A DNA stretch of 36,360 nucleotides from an uncultured Erysipelotrichaceae bacterium. GTDB lineage: Bacteria > Bacillota_I > Bacilli_A > RFN20 > CAG-826. This document shows positions 29,429 to 36,360 of this stretch, piece by piece. The stretch is taken from positions 1 to 36,360 of the forward strand of contig CADAUN010000001.1 of assembly GCA_902791085.1 (NCBI GenBank), read 5' to 3'. Positions within the stretch are counted from its first letter, which is position 1. Every line of letters starts with the position of its first letter. A program made the translations under genes and the position numbers. The notes beneath the pieces are model-generated. The model saw nothing but the letters and a program-made list of their open reading frames with translations, searched no databases and was not told the origin of the DNA.

Positions 29429-30469
29429 ATGATGCTTGCATCGTCCTTTTCCATTATGAAAGAGTCATTTCGTAAATTTAGTCATAGCAAACCCTATCAA
29501 ATAGGGGCTGATATTTTGCTGGTTTTGCTAGGTTGTGCGCTCTATGGTTTTGGAGACGCCGTCTTTTTAACGCCATGGTCTGTCATTTCTGGGGGCGTCG
29601 CTTCCGTTGGTATTTTATTGGATCATTTATTAGAGCCGATCATTCATTTTTCTATTGCGGATATTGTGGTTGCGGTGATGCAAGTAGGCCTATGGATTTT
29701 AGGTCTTATCATCATGGGTAAGAAATATTCTTTAAAAACGGCATTGGCGATGATTGCCTATCCCCTTTTCTATGCTTTATTCTTCCGACTCAAAATCGGT
29801 GAAGCCATGGGCTTTGCCGAAATTTATCCTAAAGATGGCGAATATGTCGCTTCAAATTTAGTGTTATGCGCCGTTTGTGGCGGCATTTTAGACGGGATTG
29901 GCGTGGCCTTGGCTTATTTAGGACATTCGTCAACGGGCGGCTTTAATGTCGTGTCTAGCATCTTAGCCAAATTCACTTCTTTAAAGGAAGATGTATCTAG
30001 TTTTCTTATCGACGCTACTTTGATTTTGCTGTCCGCTTTAATTCGAATGGGAGAAAATCACATTTGGATCAATTGCTTAGGCGGCATTTTATCCGCGTTG
30101 GTTTGCTCTATGGCCATCCAATTTATCTATATCAATGCCGATCGTTATTTAATCGTGGATGTCGTCTCAACGAAGTGCGATCAAATCGCCCAATATGTTT
30201 TCAATGACTTAGACCATACCGTTACTTATATTGATGCGGTCGGGGGATATACCGGCGAGAAACGAAAACTCATGCGTGTGATTATCAACAAGTCAGAAGA
30301 AGTGGATTTGACGCATGAAATTGCGAAAATTGACCCGGTTGCTTTTGTTTCTATCACCAAAGCAAAATCCATTAATGGCGAAGGGTTCGCTCCCTTTCCT
30401 ACGCGTCGACCGATAAGAAAAAAGAAAAAGGAACAGCCTTCTCATGAGGAGAACAACGATGAGAAATGA
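29429..30469 (+). CDS. YitT family membrane protein (DUF161 repeats plus C-terminal DUF2179 domain)
   Basis: 346-aa ORF with several TM helices followed by a soluble C-terminal domain (YIDAVGGYTGEKRKLMRVIINKSEEVDLTHEIAKIDPVAFVSITKAKSINGEGF) typical of YitT/DUF2179. The start is uncertain among ATGs at 29429, 29432 and 29456, none of which has an SD. Confidence 0.8.
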   Translation: MMLASSFSIMKESFRKFSHSKPYQIGADILLVLLGCALYGFGDAVFLTPWSVISGGVASVGILLDHLLEPIIHFSIADIVVAVMQVGLWILGLIIMGKKYSLKTALAMIAYPLFYALFFRLKIGEAMGFAEIYPKDGEYVASNLVLCAVCGGILDGIGVALAYLGHSSTGGFNVVSSILAKFTSLKEDVSSFLIDATLILLSALIRMGENHIWINCLGGILSALVCSMAIQFIYINADRYLIVDVVSTKCDQIAQYVFNDLDHTVTYIDAVGGYTGEKRKLMRVIINKSEEVDLTHEIAKIDPVAFVSITKAKSINGEGFAPFPTRRPIRKKKKEQPSHEENNDEK

Positions 30470-32453
30470 TGCCTCACATCCGTTTCATTTGGTCGCGCCT
30501 TACGCTCCTACTGGCGATCAACCAGAAGCGATTCGGGAAGCGTTAGAAGGAGTGGCGGCAGGGAAGTCACTTCAAGTCATTAAAGGAGCGACAGGAACAG
30601 GAAAAACCTTTACGATGGCGAACATCGTTTCTGCCTTGAATCGTCCCACTTTGGTTTTGGTACACAACAAAACTCTAGCTTCTCAGCTATATGGCGAATT
30701 CAAATCGTTGTTCCCTGAAAACCGTGTGGAATATTTTGTTTCAAACTTTGATTTTTACCAACCAGAAGCCTATGTTCCCAAAACGGATACTTACATCGCA
30801 AAAGATGCGATGATGAATGAAGAGATTGAACAACTTCGTACCTCTGCCGTGAATTCGATTCTTGAACGCCGCGATACTATCTGCGTGGCTTCGGTAGCGG
30901 CCATTTATGGTTTGACGGATCCAGAAGAATATGCCGGCCTTGTCTTTGAAATTCGCCAAGGCGAAACATTGGATCGTCAGAAGTTTTTTTCTCGCCTTGT
31001 GGATTCCCAATACACACGGAACAACTTTGATTTGAATCCGGGAAACTTCCGCGCACATGGAGACGTGATTGATATTTGCCCGATGGCCGCCAGCGATTAT
31101 TATTTGCGGATTGAATGCTTTGGGGATGAGGTAGAACGCATTTCAGAAATCGATAAAACCACCGGGGAACTCCATCGTTCTTATGCAACCTATCCGATTT
31201 ATCCTGCTTATGACCATGCCTCAAGTCGCCAGCGAATTGAAAAAGCATGCGAACGTATTTCTCAAGAATTGGATGAACGGCTTGCGTTCTTCCGTCAGCA
31301 AGGAAAATTGTTGGAAGCGGAACGTTTAGAAATGCGAACCAGGCAAGATATGGAATCTTTGCTGGAGTTTGGCCGTTGCCCCGGAATTGAAAATTATTCC
31401 GCGCCAATTGATGGGCGACAACCTGGACAGCGCCCATTCTGCTTAATGGATTATTTTCCAAAAGATTATTTGCTACTTGTAGATGAATCCCATGTCACCT
31501 TCCCACAAATAAGAGGCATGTTTTTCGGCGATCAAAGTCGTAAAAAGACATTGGTTGAATATGGTTTCCGCCTTCCGAGCGCTATGGATAATCGCCCGCT
31601 AAATTTTTCCGAATTCGAATCGCTTATGCCGTCTAACGTGATTTGTACTTCCGCGACGCCAGGTCCCTATGAATTAGACCGCGCTAATCATCATGTGATT
31701 GAGCAAGTGATTCGTCCAACCGGGTTGTTAGATCCGGAAATCGAAGTTCGTAAACCATTGGGACAAATTGATGACATCCTTCACGAAATTCATGAACGGA
31801 TAGCCAAAAACGAGCGGGTTATGATTGTAACTTTGACCATCCAAATGGCCGAAGATCTTACCGCTTATTTAAAAGGAGAAGGCATTAAAGTAACCTATCT
31901 TCAAAATGAAACCAAGACATTGGAGCGAACGGAAATCATCTATCAATTGCGGAAAGGAAAATACGACGTTCTAGTTGGTATTAACTTGTTGCGCGAAGGC
32001 TTAGATATTCCTGAGGTTTCTTTGATTTGTGTGTTAGATGCCGATAAGGAAGGGTTTTTGCGTTCTACCACATCTTTGATTCAAATTGCTGGGCGTGCTG
32101 CCCGTAATGCGCATGGCAAAGTGATTTTCTATGCCGATCGCATTACGGATTCTATGAAAGAATGCATGGATGAAACGGCTCATCGTCGCGCCATCCAAAA
32201 TGCTTATAACGAAAAATATGGTATTGTGCCGACCACCATTATCAAAGAGTTAAGGCCACCATTATCCAATTCAGAAGACGAAGAAGCGGAGCTAGCAAAG
32301 ACAGTTTCTCATCATGCTTCACGCAACGAATTAACCAAACAAATTCAACGGATGGAAAAAGAAATGCGCGCTGCCGCGAAAGAATACGATTTTGAACGGG
32401 CAGCAGAAATCCGCGATGCCATTTTGGAAATCAGGGCATCGCTCGACAAATAG
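30459..32453 (+). CDS. uvrB: Excinuclease ABC subunit B
   Basis: Motifs include GATGTGKTFTMANI, LLVDESHVT, the beta-hairpin region, and a C-terminal UVR domain (YDFERAAEIRDAILEI). I prefer the ATG at 30459 (GAGGAG 7 nt upstream) over the ORF-track ATG at 30444. It overlaps the YitT gene end. Confidence 0.96.
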   Translation: MRNDASHPFHLVAPYAPTGDQPEAIREALEGVAAGKSLQVIKGATGTGKTFTMANIVSALNRPTLVLVHNKTLASQLYGEFKSLFPENRVEYFVSNFDFYQPEAYVPKTDTYIAKDAMMNEEIEQLRTSAVNSILERRDTICVASVAAIYGLTDPEEYAGLVFEIRQGETLDRQKFFSRLVDSQYTRNNFDLNPGNFRAHGDVIDICPMAASDYYLRIECFGDEVERISEIDKTTGELHRSYATYPIYPAYDHASSRQRIEKACERISQELDERLAFFRQQGKLLEAERLEMRTRQDMESLLEFGRCPGIENYSAPIDGRQPGQRPFCLMDYFPKDYLLLVDESHVTFPQIRGMFFGDQSRKKTLVEYGFRLPSAMDNRPLNFSEFESLMPSNVICTSATPGPYELDRANHHVIEQVIRPTGLLDPEIEVRKPLGQIDDILHEIHERIAKNERVMIVTLTIQMAEDLTAYLKGEGIKVTYLQNETKTLERTEIIYQLRKGKYDVLVGINLLREGLDIPEVSLICVLDADKEGFLRSTTSLIQIAGRAARNAHGKVIFYADRITDSMKECMDETAHRRAIQNAYNEKYGIVPTTIIKELRPPLSNSEDEEAELAKTVSHHASRNELTKQIQRMEKEMRAAAKEYDFERAAEIRDAILEIRASLDK

Positions 32454-32492
32454 ATGTCTTCCCGATTACAATAGGCATTGCTGGAAACGAGA

Positions 32493-33350
32493 ATGCAAGA
32501 AACAAGCGATACTTCTATCCCTCTTTTGGTTTGTGGAGACCGTCATTGCCTTGATGGTTTAATTATTTTGCTTATCAGCGCGAGCAAACAGACCAAACGT
32601 CCTCTTCGCGTGTTTTTGATGACGGGTTCCTTCCAAACCAAACGAAAACAATATCAAGCCTTTCGTCCCGATCAGATTGCGTTTGCTCAAAGTGTCTTAC
32701 AAGAACATAGCCCTTTATCTACCTTGACTTGCTTAGATGAGACCAAGGAATTGAACGATGGCTTTGCTTCTTCCTCGGTTTATAACAGTAAATTCTCTCC
32801 TTATGCTTTAATGCGTTTATTTACCGATTGTCATCCTGAAATGGGGGATCGAGTTCTGTATTTAGACTTGGATGTTGTGGTAACGGGGGATTTAGAGCAG
32901 ATTTATTCTTCCGATTTGCATGGCCGATCTTTAGGTATGGTGAAAGATGAAGTGGGTTCCCATTGGTTAGGCAAGAATTATTGCAACTCTGGCGTTTTAT
33001 TGATGGACACTGCTAAAATCCGGGAAAATCACGGATTCGAAAAAACGCGAGATCATTTGGCTCATCGTTTCTATTTCATGCCAGATCAAACCGCGATTAA
33101 CCGTGTATTTAAGGGAGATATCGCGTTGCTTTCCCCACGTTTTAATGATCAACATTATCTTCATCCTGATACCGTGGTTCGCCATTATTGCAAATGGTAT
33201 CGCTTGAAATCCGGTTGGCGCGATGTCACGGCCAAGCCATGGAATCAAGCGCGGTTTGAAAAGATTTATGGTCCTAAGACGCATCAAGAAGTACTAGAGG
33301 AATATCGCGCCAAGATGGCTATGTTCTTAAAAGAGAGCGGTTCAAAATAA
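32493..33350 (+). CDS. Glycosyltransferase family 8 protein
   Basis: GT8 hallmarks are present: YALMRLF, VLYLDLDVVVTGDL (DxD), NSGVLLMD and PDQTAINRVF ... LSPRFN. I chose the ATG at 32493; the ORF-track start at 32478 is TTG. Confidence 0.75.
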   Translation: MQETSDTSIPLLVCGDRHCLDGLIILLISASKQTKRPLRVFLMTGSFQTKRKQYQAFRPDQIAFAQSVLQEHSPLSTLTCLDETKELNDGFASSSVYNSKFSPYALMRLFTDCHPEMGDRVLYLDLDVVVTGDLEQIYSSDLHGRSLGMVKDEVGSHWLGKNYCNSGVLLMDTAKIRENHGFEKTRDHLAHRFYFMPDQTAINRVFKGDIALLSPRFNDQHYLHPDTVVRHYCKWYRLKSGWRDVTAKPWNQARFEKIYGPKTHQEVLEEYRAKMAMFLKESGSK

Positions 33351-33428
33351 TTTTTTCTTGTTTCTTTCGTTGCGGAAAAACCATTTCTATACTAAAGTAA
33401 TTAAGCGTTCATTGGAGCGTTAAAAACT

Positions 33429-33722
33429 ATGAAGTGGTACGACATTGTCTTCATTATTATTTCTTTAATCTTAATCGTCTTAAGCTTATTGCAAGGCGGG
33501 AAATCCGAGGGCGCTTCCGGCGCCATTACCGGCGGTGGTTTAAATGTCTTTGCCAAAACAAAGGAACGTGGTTCTGAAAAAGTCGTTTCCTGGATGACTT
33601 TTGGCTTCGCTATTCTTTTCTTGTTTATGGCTATCGTCATTATGTTGCTAAATTCGCGTGCGGCTTCAGCAGCTTCGTCCTCGACGGATTCGACTGCCGC
33701 TGCCATTCGTATGCTTCTTTAA
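33429..33722 (+). CDS. secG: Preprotein translocase subunit SecG
   Basis: 97-aa ORF with two TM helices flanking the Gly-rich loop LLQGGKSEGASGAITGGG typical of SecG. A GGAG SD lies upstream and a strong terminator follows. Confidence 0.8.
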   Translation: MKWYDIVFIIISLILIVLSLLQGGKSEGASGAITGGGLNVFAKTKERGSEKVVSWMTFGFAILFLFMAIVIMLLNSRAASAASSSTDSTAAAIRMLL

Positions 33723-33748
33723 CCAACATCGAATGAAATGAATCGTTT

Positions 33749-33774
33749 GGATGTCCGCCAAGGACATCCTTTTT
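33749..33774 (+). terminator. Rho-independent terminator after secG
   Basis: GGATGTCC-gccaa-GGACATCC (perfect 8-bp stem) followed by TTTTT. Confidence 0.8.
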
Positions 33775-33836
33775 GCTTTCAAGACGAGCTGTTTTTTGTA
33801 ATGAAAAAACAAACGTCTCCGTCTATAATCCTCTAT

Positions 33837-34631
33837 ATGGATATCAAAGAATATGTGACGTTACGGAAAAGTGCCTTAAAAAACCAAATATCGTCTCTTA
33901 CGAAAAAACCTCGCTTATCCATCATTACGGTTGGAAATGATCCTGCAAGCGAAGCCTATGTCCGTGGGAAAAAGAAAGATGCGGCTGAAGTGGGAATTGA
34001 AGCGATTCAAACCTGGTTTCCTGGGGATATTTCAGAAGAAACATTGTTGGATGCGATCCGCAAACAGAATAACGATTCATCAATCGATGGCATTTTGGTG
34101 CAGTTGCCTGTCCCTAAATCTATCTCGGTAGAACATATTAACCTCACGATAGATCCCAAAAAAGATGTGGATGGGTTTACCCCTTTAAGTCAGTTTCGCC
34201 CATGCACGCCTCGCGGAATTATCGATTACTTAACGGCAGAAAAATTTCCGTTTAAAGGAGCCAATGCCGTTGTTGTGGGGCGTAGCGAAATTGTGGGTAA
34301 ACCAATGGCAAAGCTTCTTTTAGAGAAAGATTGCAATGTGGTTCAATTACATAGCAAAACCAAGCCGGATGATTTCCGTTTTTATTTCGCTCATGCAGAT
34401 TTGATTGTATCCGCGATTGGAAAGATGAACACGTGGGACGCTTCCTATTCGTATCGTCCCTCTGCTTGGTTAATCGACGTCGGGATTACCCGCGGAGAGG
34501 ATGGGCATCTGCATGGTGATTTTGTTCCTTCTCTCCCTGTGGCCAAGCAAACACCGGTACCGGGTGGAGTGGGGCTTTTGACGCGTCTTGCTCTCTTAGA
34601 AAATTTGATGGAGGCGGTGAAACACCGTTAA
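33837..34631 (+). CDS. folD: Bifunctional methylenetetrahydrofolate dehydrogenase/cyclohydrolase FolD
   Basis: Motifs include VGNDPASEAYVRGKKK, DGILVQLPVP, KDVDGF, PCTPRGI, VVGRSEIVGKPMA and PVPGGVG. The ORF-track start at 33738 would read through the secG terminator, so I take the ATG at 33837 (MDIKEY...). The ATG at 33801 is an alternative. Confidence 0.88.
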   Translation: MDIKEYVTLRKSALKNQISSLTKKPRLSIITVGNDPASEAYVRGKKKDAAEVGIEAIQTWFPGDISEETLLDAIRKQNNDSSIDGILVQLPVPKSISVEHINLTIDPKKDVDGFTPLSQFRPCTPRGIIDYLTAEKFPFKGANAVVVGRSEIVGKPMAKLLLEKDCNVVQLHSKTKPDDFRFYFAHADLIVSAIGKMNTWDASYSYRPSAWLIDVGITRGEDGHLHGDFVPSLPVAKQTPVPGGVGLLTRLALLENLMEAVKHR

Positions 34632-34634
34632 AAT

Positions 34635-34991
34635 ATGACTTATTGCAAATTTTTAGATTCTTTACCTCATCTTGCGAAAATCCTTTTCGCGATTTTTCTC
34701 AATCCTTTGTTCGTCGTTTATCGTTTCATCACGGACATTACCGAAAAGAATTATGGCTTGGTGGTATGGGATGCCTTATTGGGTGTTGCTATCCATCCGT
34801 TCTTTTGGATTTGCAACATCGTTTGGACCTCTAGCAAGGATAAAATCTTCTCCTTTGCGGACTTCTTTGGAAATGATGGGGGAATTCACTTTGAAGCAAC
34901 CAATTCCGCTGACCCAGGAACATCAATCGCGAACGCTCAAGAAGTGAAAGTAGAAGACAAGGCCGATACCACAAAAGAAGAAACGAAATAA
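34635..34991 (+). CDS. Hypothetical small membrane protein
   Basis: 118-aa ORF starting 3 nt after the folD stop. It has two hydrophobic segments (ILFAIFLNPLFVVY and VAIHPFFWICNIVW) and an acidic tail. A bidirectional terminator follows. No family is recognised. Confidence 0.6.
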   Translation: MTYCKFLDSLPHLAKILFAIFLNPLFVVYRFITDITEKNYGLVVWDALLGVAIHPFFWICNIVWTSSKDKIFSFADFFGNDGGIHFEATNSADPGTSIANAQEVKVEDKADTTKEETK

Positions 34992-35018
34992 CATCCTGTC
35001 ATCCACTTGCGACGAAAG

Positions 35019-35051
35019 AAAAAGTCAACCTTAGGCAAGGCTGACTTTTTT
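35019..35051. terminator. Bidirectional rho-independent terminator between convergent genes
   Basis: AAAAA-AGTCAACCT-taggca-AGGCTGACT-TTTTT (9-bp stem with 1 mismatch) has an A-run and a T-run on the two sides. Confidence 0.75.
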
Positions 35052-35066
35052 CATGTGACAAGGGAA

Positions 35067-36008
35067 TTAGGCTTGGTTCGCTCCATCGTCTTTCTTATCT
35101 TCTGGAGCGTCAATAATGTCGTTGCCATTTTGATCTTGCACTTTGACATCACCGTTCTTGACGGCTTTTTCTAACCGTGCTCCGTTGATTTCCATAAAGG
35201 TGTTCACAAGAACTGCGATTGCAGCCAATAATAGCACCACACCAAGGACGATTAAGGCGATAAGGGCTGTTAAATCAGAATTGTTGCCTAAATAATAGAG
35301 AATAACAATTCCTAAAGCAATTAAGCCAGCACCAAAGACAATCTCAAGAACCGGCAAATAGATTTTGTAAAGTTTAGAGACAATGAAGCCGATGGCAAAT
35401 AACACAAGGCTAGCCCCAGCGCAGATAACGGCCACACCGACAAAAATAGAGACGAATTTTGTTAAGACTTCCGTGATTTGCATCAAATTGCCGTTATACG
35501 CGTTATAGATGGCAATTAAAGCAATTCCCAATGCCAGTTCTGCCGCGCCGCCGATGACTAAATCATAGGCCATGGAAGCCTTTACTGCCGCTTTCTTAGC
35601 CGCCTCATAACGGCTTGTGGCTACCACTGGCAAGAAATTGGTTAAAATGCGTAAACTCCCGCCGACAATCATAAAGATGCCAAAGATGAACAAGATTTTG
35701 GAAACAATGGAACTATAATCTGTTTCCCCATTTTGTGCCTTTGCCATATAAACAAAGCAAAGCACGCCGAGTACCGCCAATAAAGCCGCTTCAACGAAGT
35801 TCCAAATAGACCAAACGAGTCCGCCTTTTCCGAAGTTGATTGGCTTCCGTTCCTTCTTTTCTTTCGGCTGCTTTTGCGGCTTTGGTTCCTCTTTCTTTTC
35901 TTCTTTCGGTTGTTCCTCAGCCTTTGTTTCTTCCGCCTTCACTACTTCGTTTTTGGCTTCTTCTTTCGGTTGTTCTTCGCCGTCTTTTTTCTCTTTCTCG
36001 TCCGCCAT
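35067..36008 (-). CDS. Hypothetical polytopic membrane protein with a K/E-rich N-terminal region (possibly HdeD/DUF308-like repeats)
   Basis: The start is taken as the ATG at 36008 (MADEKEKKDGEE...), with a perfect SD AAAGGAGG 7 nt upstream. The ORF-track extension to 36101 lacks an SD. About 90 aa of charged low-complexity sequence are followed by 6-7 Gly/Ala/Ile-rich TM helices. Confidence 0.75.
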   Translation of the reverse strand: MADEKEKKDGEEQPKEEAKNEVVKAEETKAEEQPKEEKKEEPKPQKQPKEKKERKPINFGKGGLVWSIWNFVEAALLAVLGVLCFVYMAKAQNGETDYSSIVSKILFIFGIFMIVGGSLRILTNFLPVVATSRYEAAKKAAVKASMAYDLVIGGAAELALGIALIAIYNAYNGNLMQITEVLTKFVSIFVGVAVICAGASLVLFAIGFIVSKLYKIYLPVLEIVFGAGLIALGIVILYYLGNNSDLTALIALIVLGVVLLLAAIAVLVNTFMEINGARLEKAVKNGDVKVQDQNGNDIIDAPEDKKDDGANQA

Positions 36009-36054
36009 ATAGGTGCCTCCTTTAAAAAGATAGGATAAGAATAACAAAATGATA

Positions 36055-36071
36055 CCTTGCTTGAAGCAAGG
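36055..36071 (-). terminator. Hairpin, possible terminator of the partial upstream gene
   Basis: CCTTGCT-tca-AGCAAGG (7-bp stem) is followed on the minus strand by tatcATTTTGTTAT, a moderate T-richness. Confidence 0.45.
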
Positions 36072-36116
36072 AAAATAGAGGTTACCCACGAAAGTAAACA
36101 AAAAGAATGGATTTGT

Positions 36117-36360
36117 TTAAAAATTATCTGTTAATTCTAATAGATGTGAGCAAAGAATCTCTTGTCCTTCAATGACAACGAGATTTTCTTCCAATGAAAC
36201 GGAATTGATCCGGCCATAGATGGAATAGAAGTACCCGTCATGCCAAAACCGGGCGAAGACTTTTTGACCATGGTAGTGGTTAATGATGTCATGCATGGCT
36301 GCTTTTTCTGCTAAGGAAGGTCGGGGACAAGGTACTTTATTCGCTTCATACTCAAGCTCT
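36117..36360 (-). CDS. Partial CDS (C-terminal 80 codons; the gene continues beyond the window edge), possibly YolD-like
   Basis: This open frame is not in the ORF track because it lacks a start in the window. It reads ...ELEYEANKVPCPRPSLAEKAAMHDIINHYHGQKVFARFWHDGYFYSIYGRINSVSLEENLVVIEGQEILCSHLLELTDNF with a TAA stop at 36117..36119. The C-terminal pattern resembles YolD-like proteins, but the family assignment is weak. Confidence 0.5.
   Translation of the reverse strand, partial: ELEYEANKVPCPRPSLAEKAAMHDIINHYHGQKVFARFWHDGYFYSIYGRINSVSLEENLVVIEGQEILCSHLLELTDNF

Noticed and set aside
30877-31461. 194-aa ORF antisense to uvrB (the longest shadow ORF in the window)
   Set aside because: It lies entirely within the highly conserved uvrB coding sequence. 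It has no start context or SD, its composition is Arg/Gln/Pro-rich, and it has no recognisable motif. It is most likely a chance open frame.
36009-36101. 31-codon upstream extension of the K/E-rich membrane protein ORF
   Set aside because: The extension covers the AAAGGAGG SD that serves the ATG at 36008 and also covers the upstream terminator hairpin region, so it is an artefactual longest-ORF start.

Overview
This is a 36.4 kb chromosomal segment of about 43-45% GC. It is densely packed with core housekeeping genes whose order is typical of low-GC Gram-positive bacteria (Bacillota, possibly an Erysipelotrichia-like lineage). That taxon call is inference from synteny only: tsaE-tsaB-rimI-tsaD, pcrA-ligA, and comFA-comFC-secA-prfB. 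TGA is a stop codon, and RF2 is present with its classical +1 frameshift. Minus-strand genes are a DJ-1 family gene, eno, a divergent glycosyltransferase, tdk, a CAT-like acetyltransferase, a BMP-lipoprotein nucleoside-type ABC transporter (4 genes), three uncharacterised membrane-protein genes, a K/E-rich polytopic membrane protein and a partial ORF at the right edge. Plus-strand genes are ung, an acidic-headed membrane protein, a DUF402 gene, tsaEB-rimI-tsaD, asnS plus a tiny tail-anchored ORF, pcrA, ligA, comFA, comFC, secA, prfB, a YitT-family gene, uvrB, a GT8 glycosyltransferase, secG, folD and a small membrane ORF. I found no rRNA, tRNA, CRISPR array, transposase, integrase, prophage genes or recognisable defence system, so this is largely an ordinary core region. 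The best candidates for something undescribed are (i) the translationally coupled trio of family-less membrane proteins at 16996..19099 and (ii) the CAT-like acetyltransferase fused by ATGA overlap to the end of the nucleoside ABC operon, next to tdk. At the regulatory level, several operon-leading genes have a -10 box 7-9 nt from an SD-less ATG (candidate leaderless mRNAs). The comFA SD lies inside the ligA terminator stem, and a terminator overlaps a promoter in front of tsaE. All functional calls come from reading motifs in the supplied translations; no database search was run.
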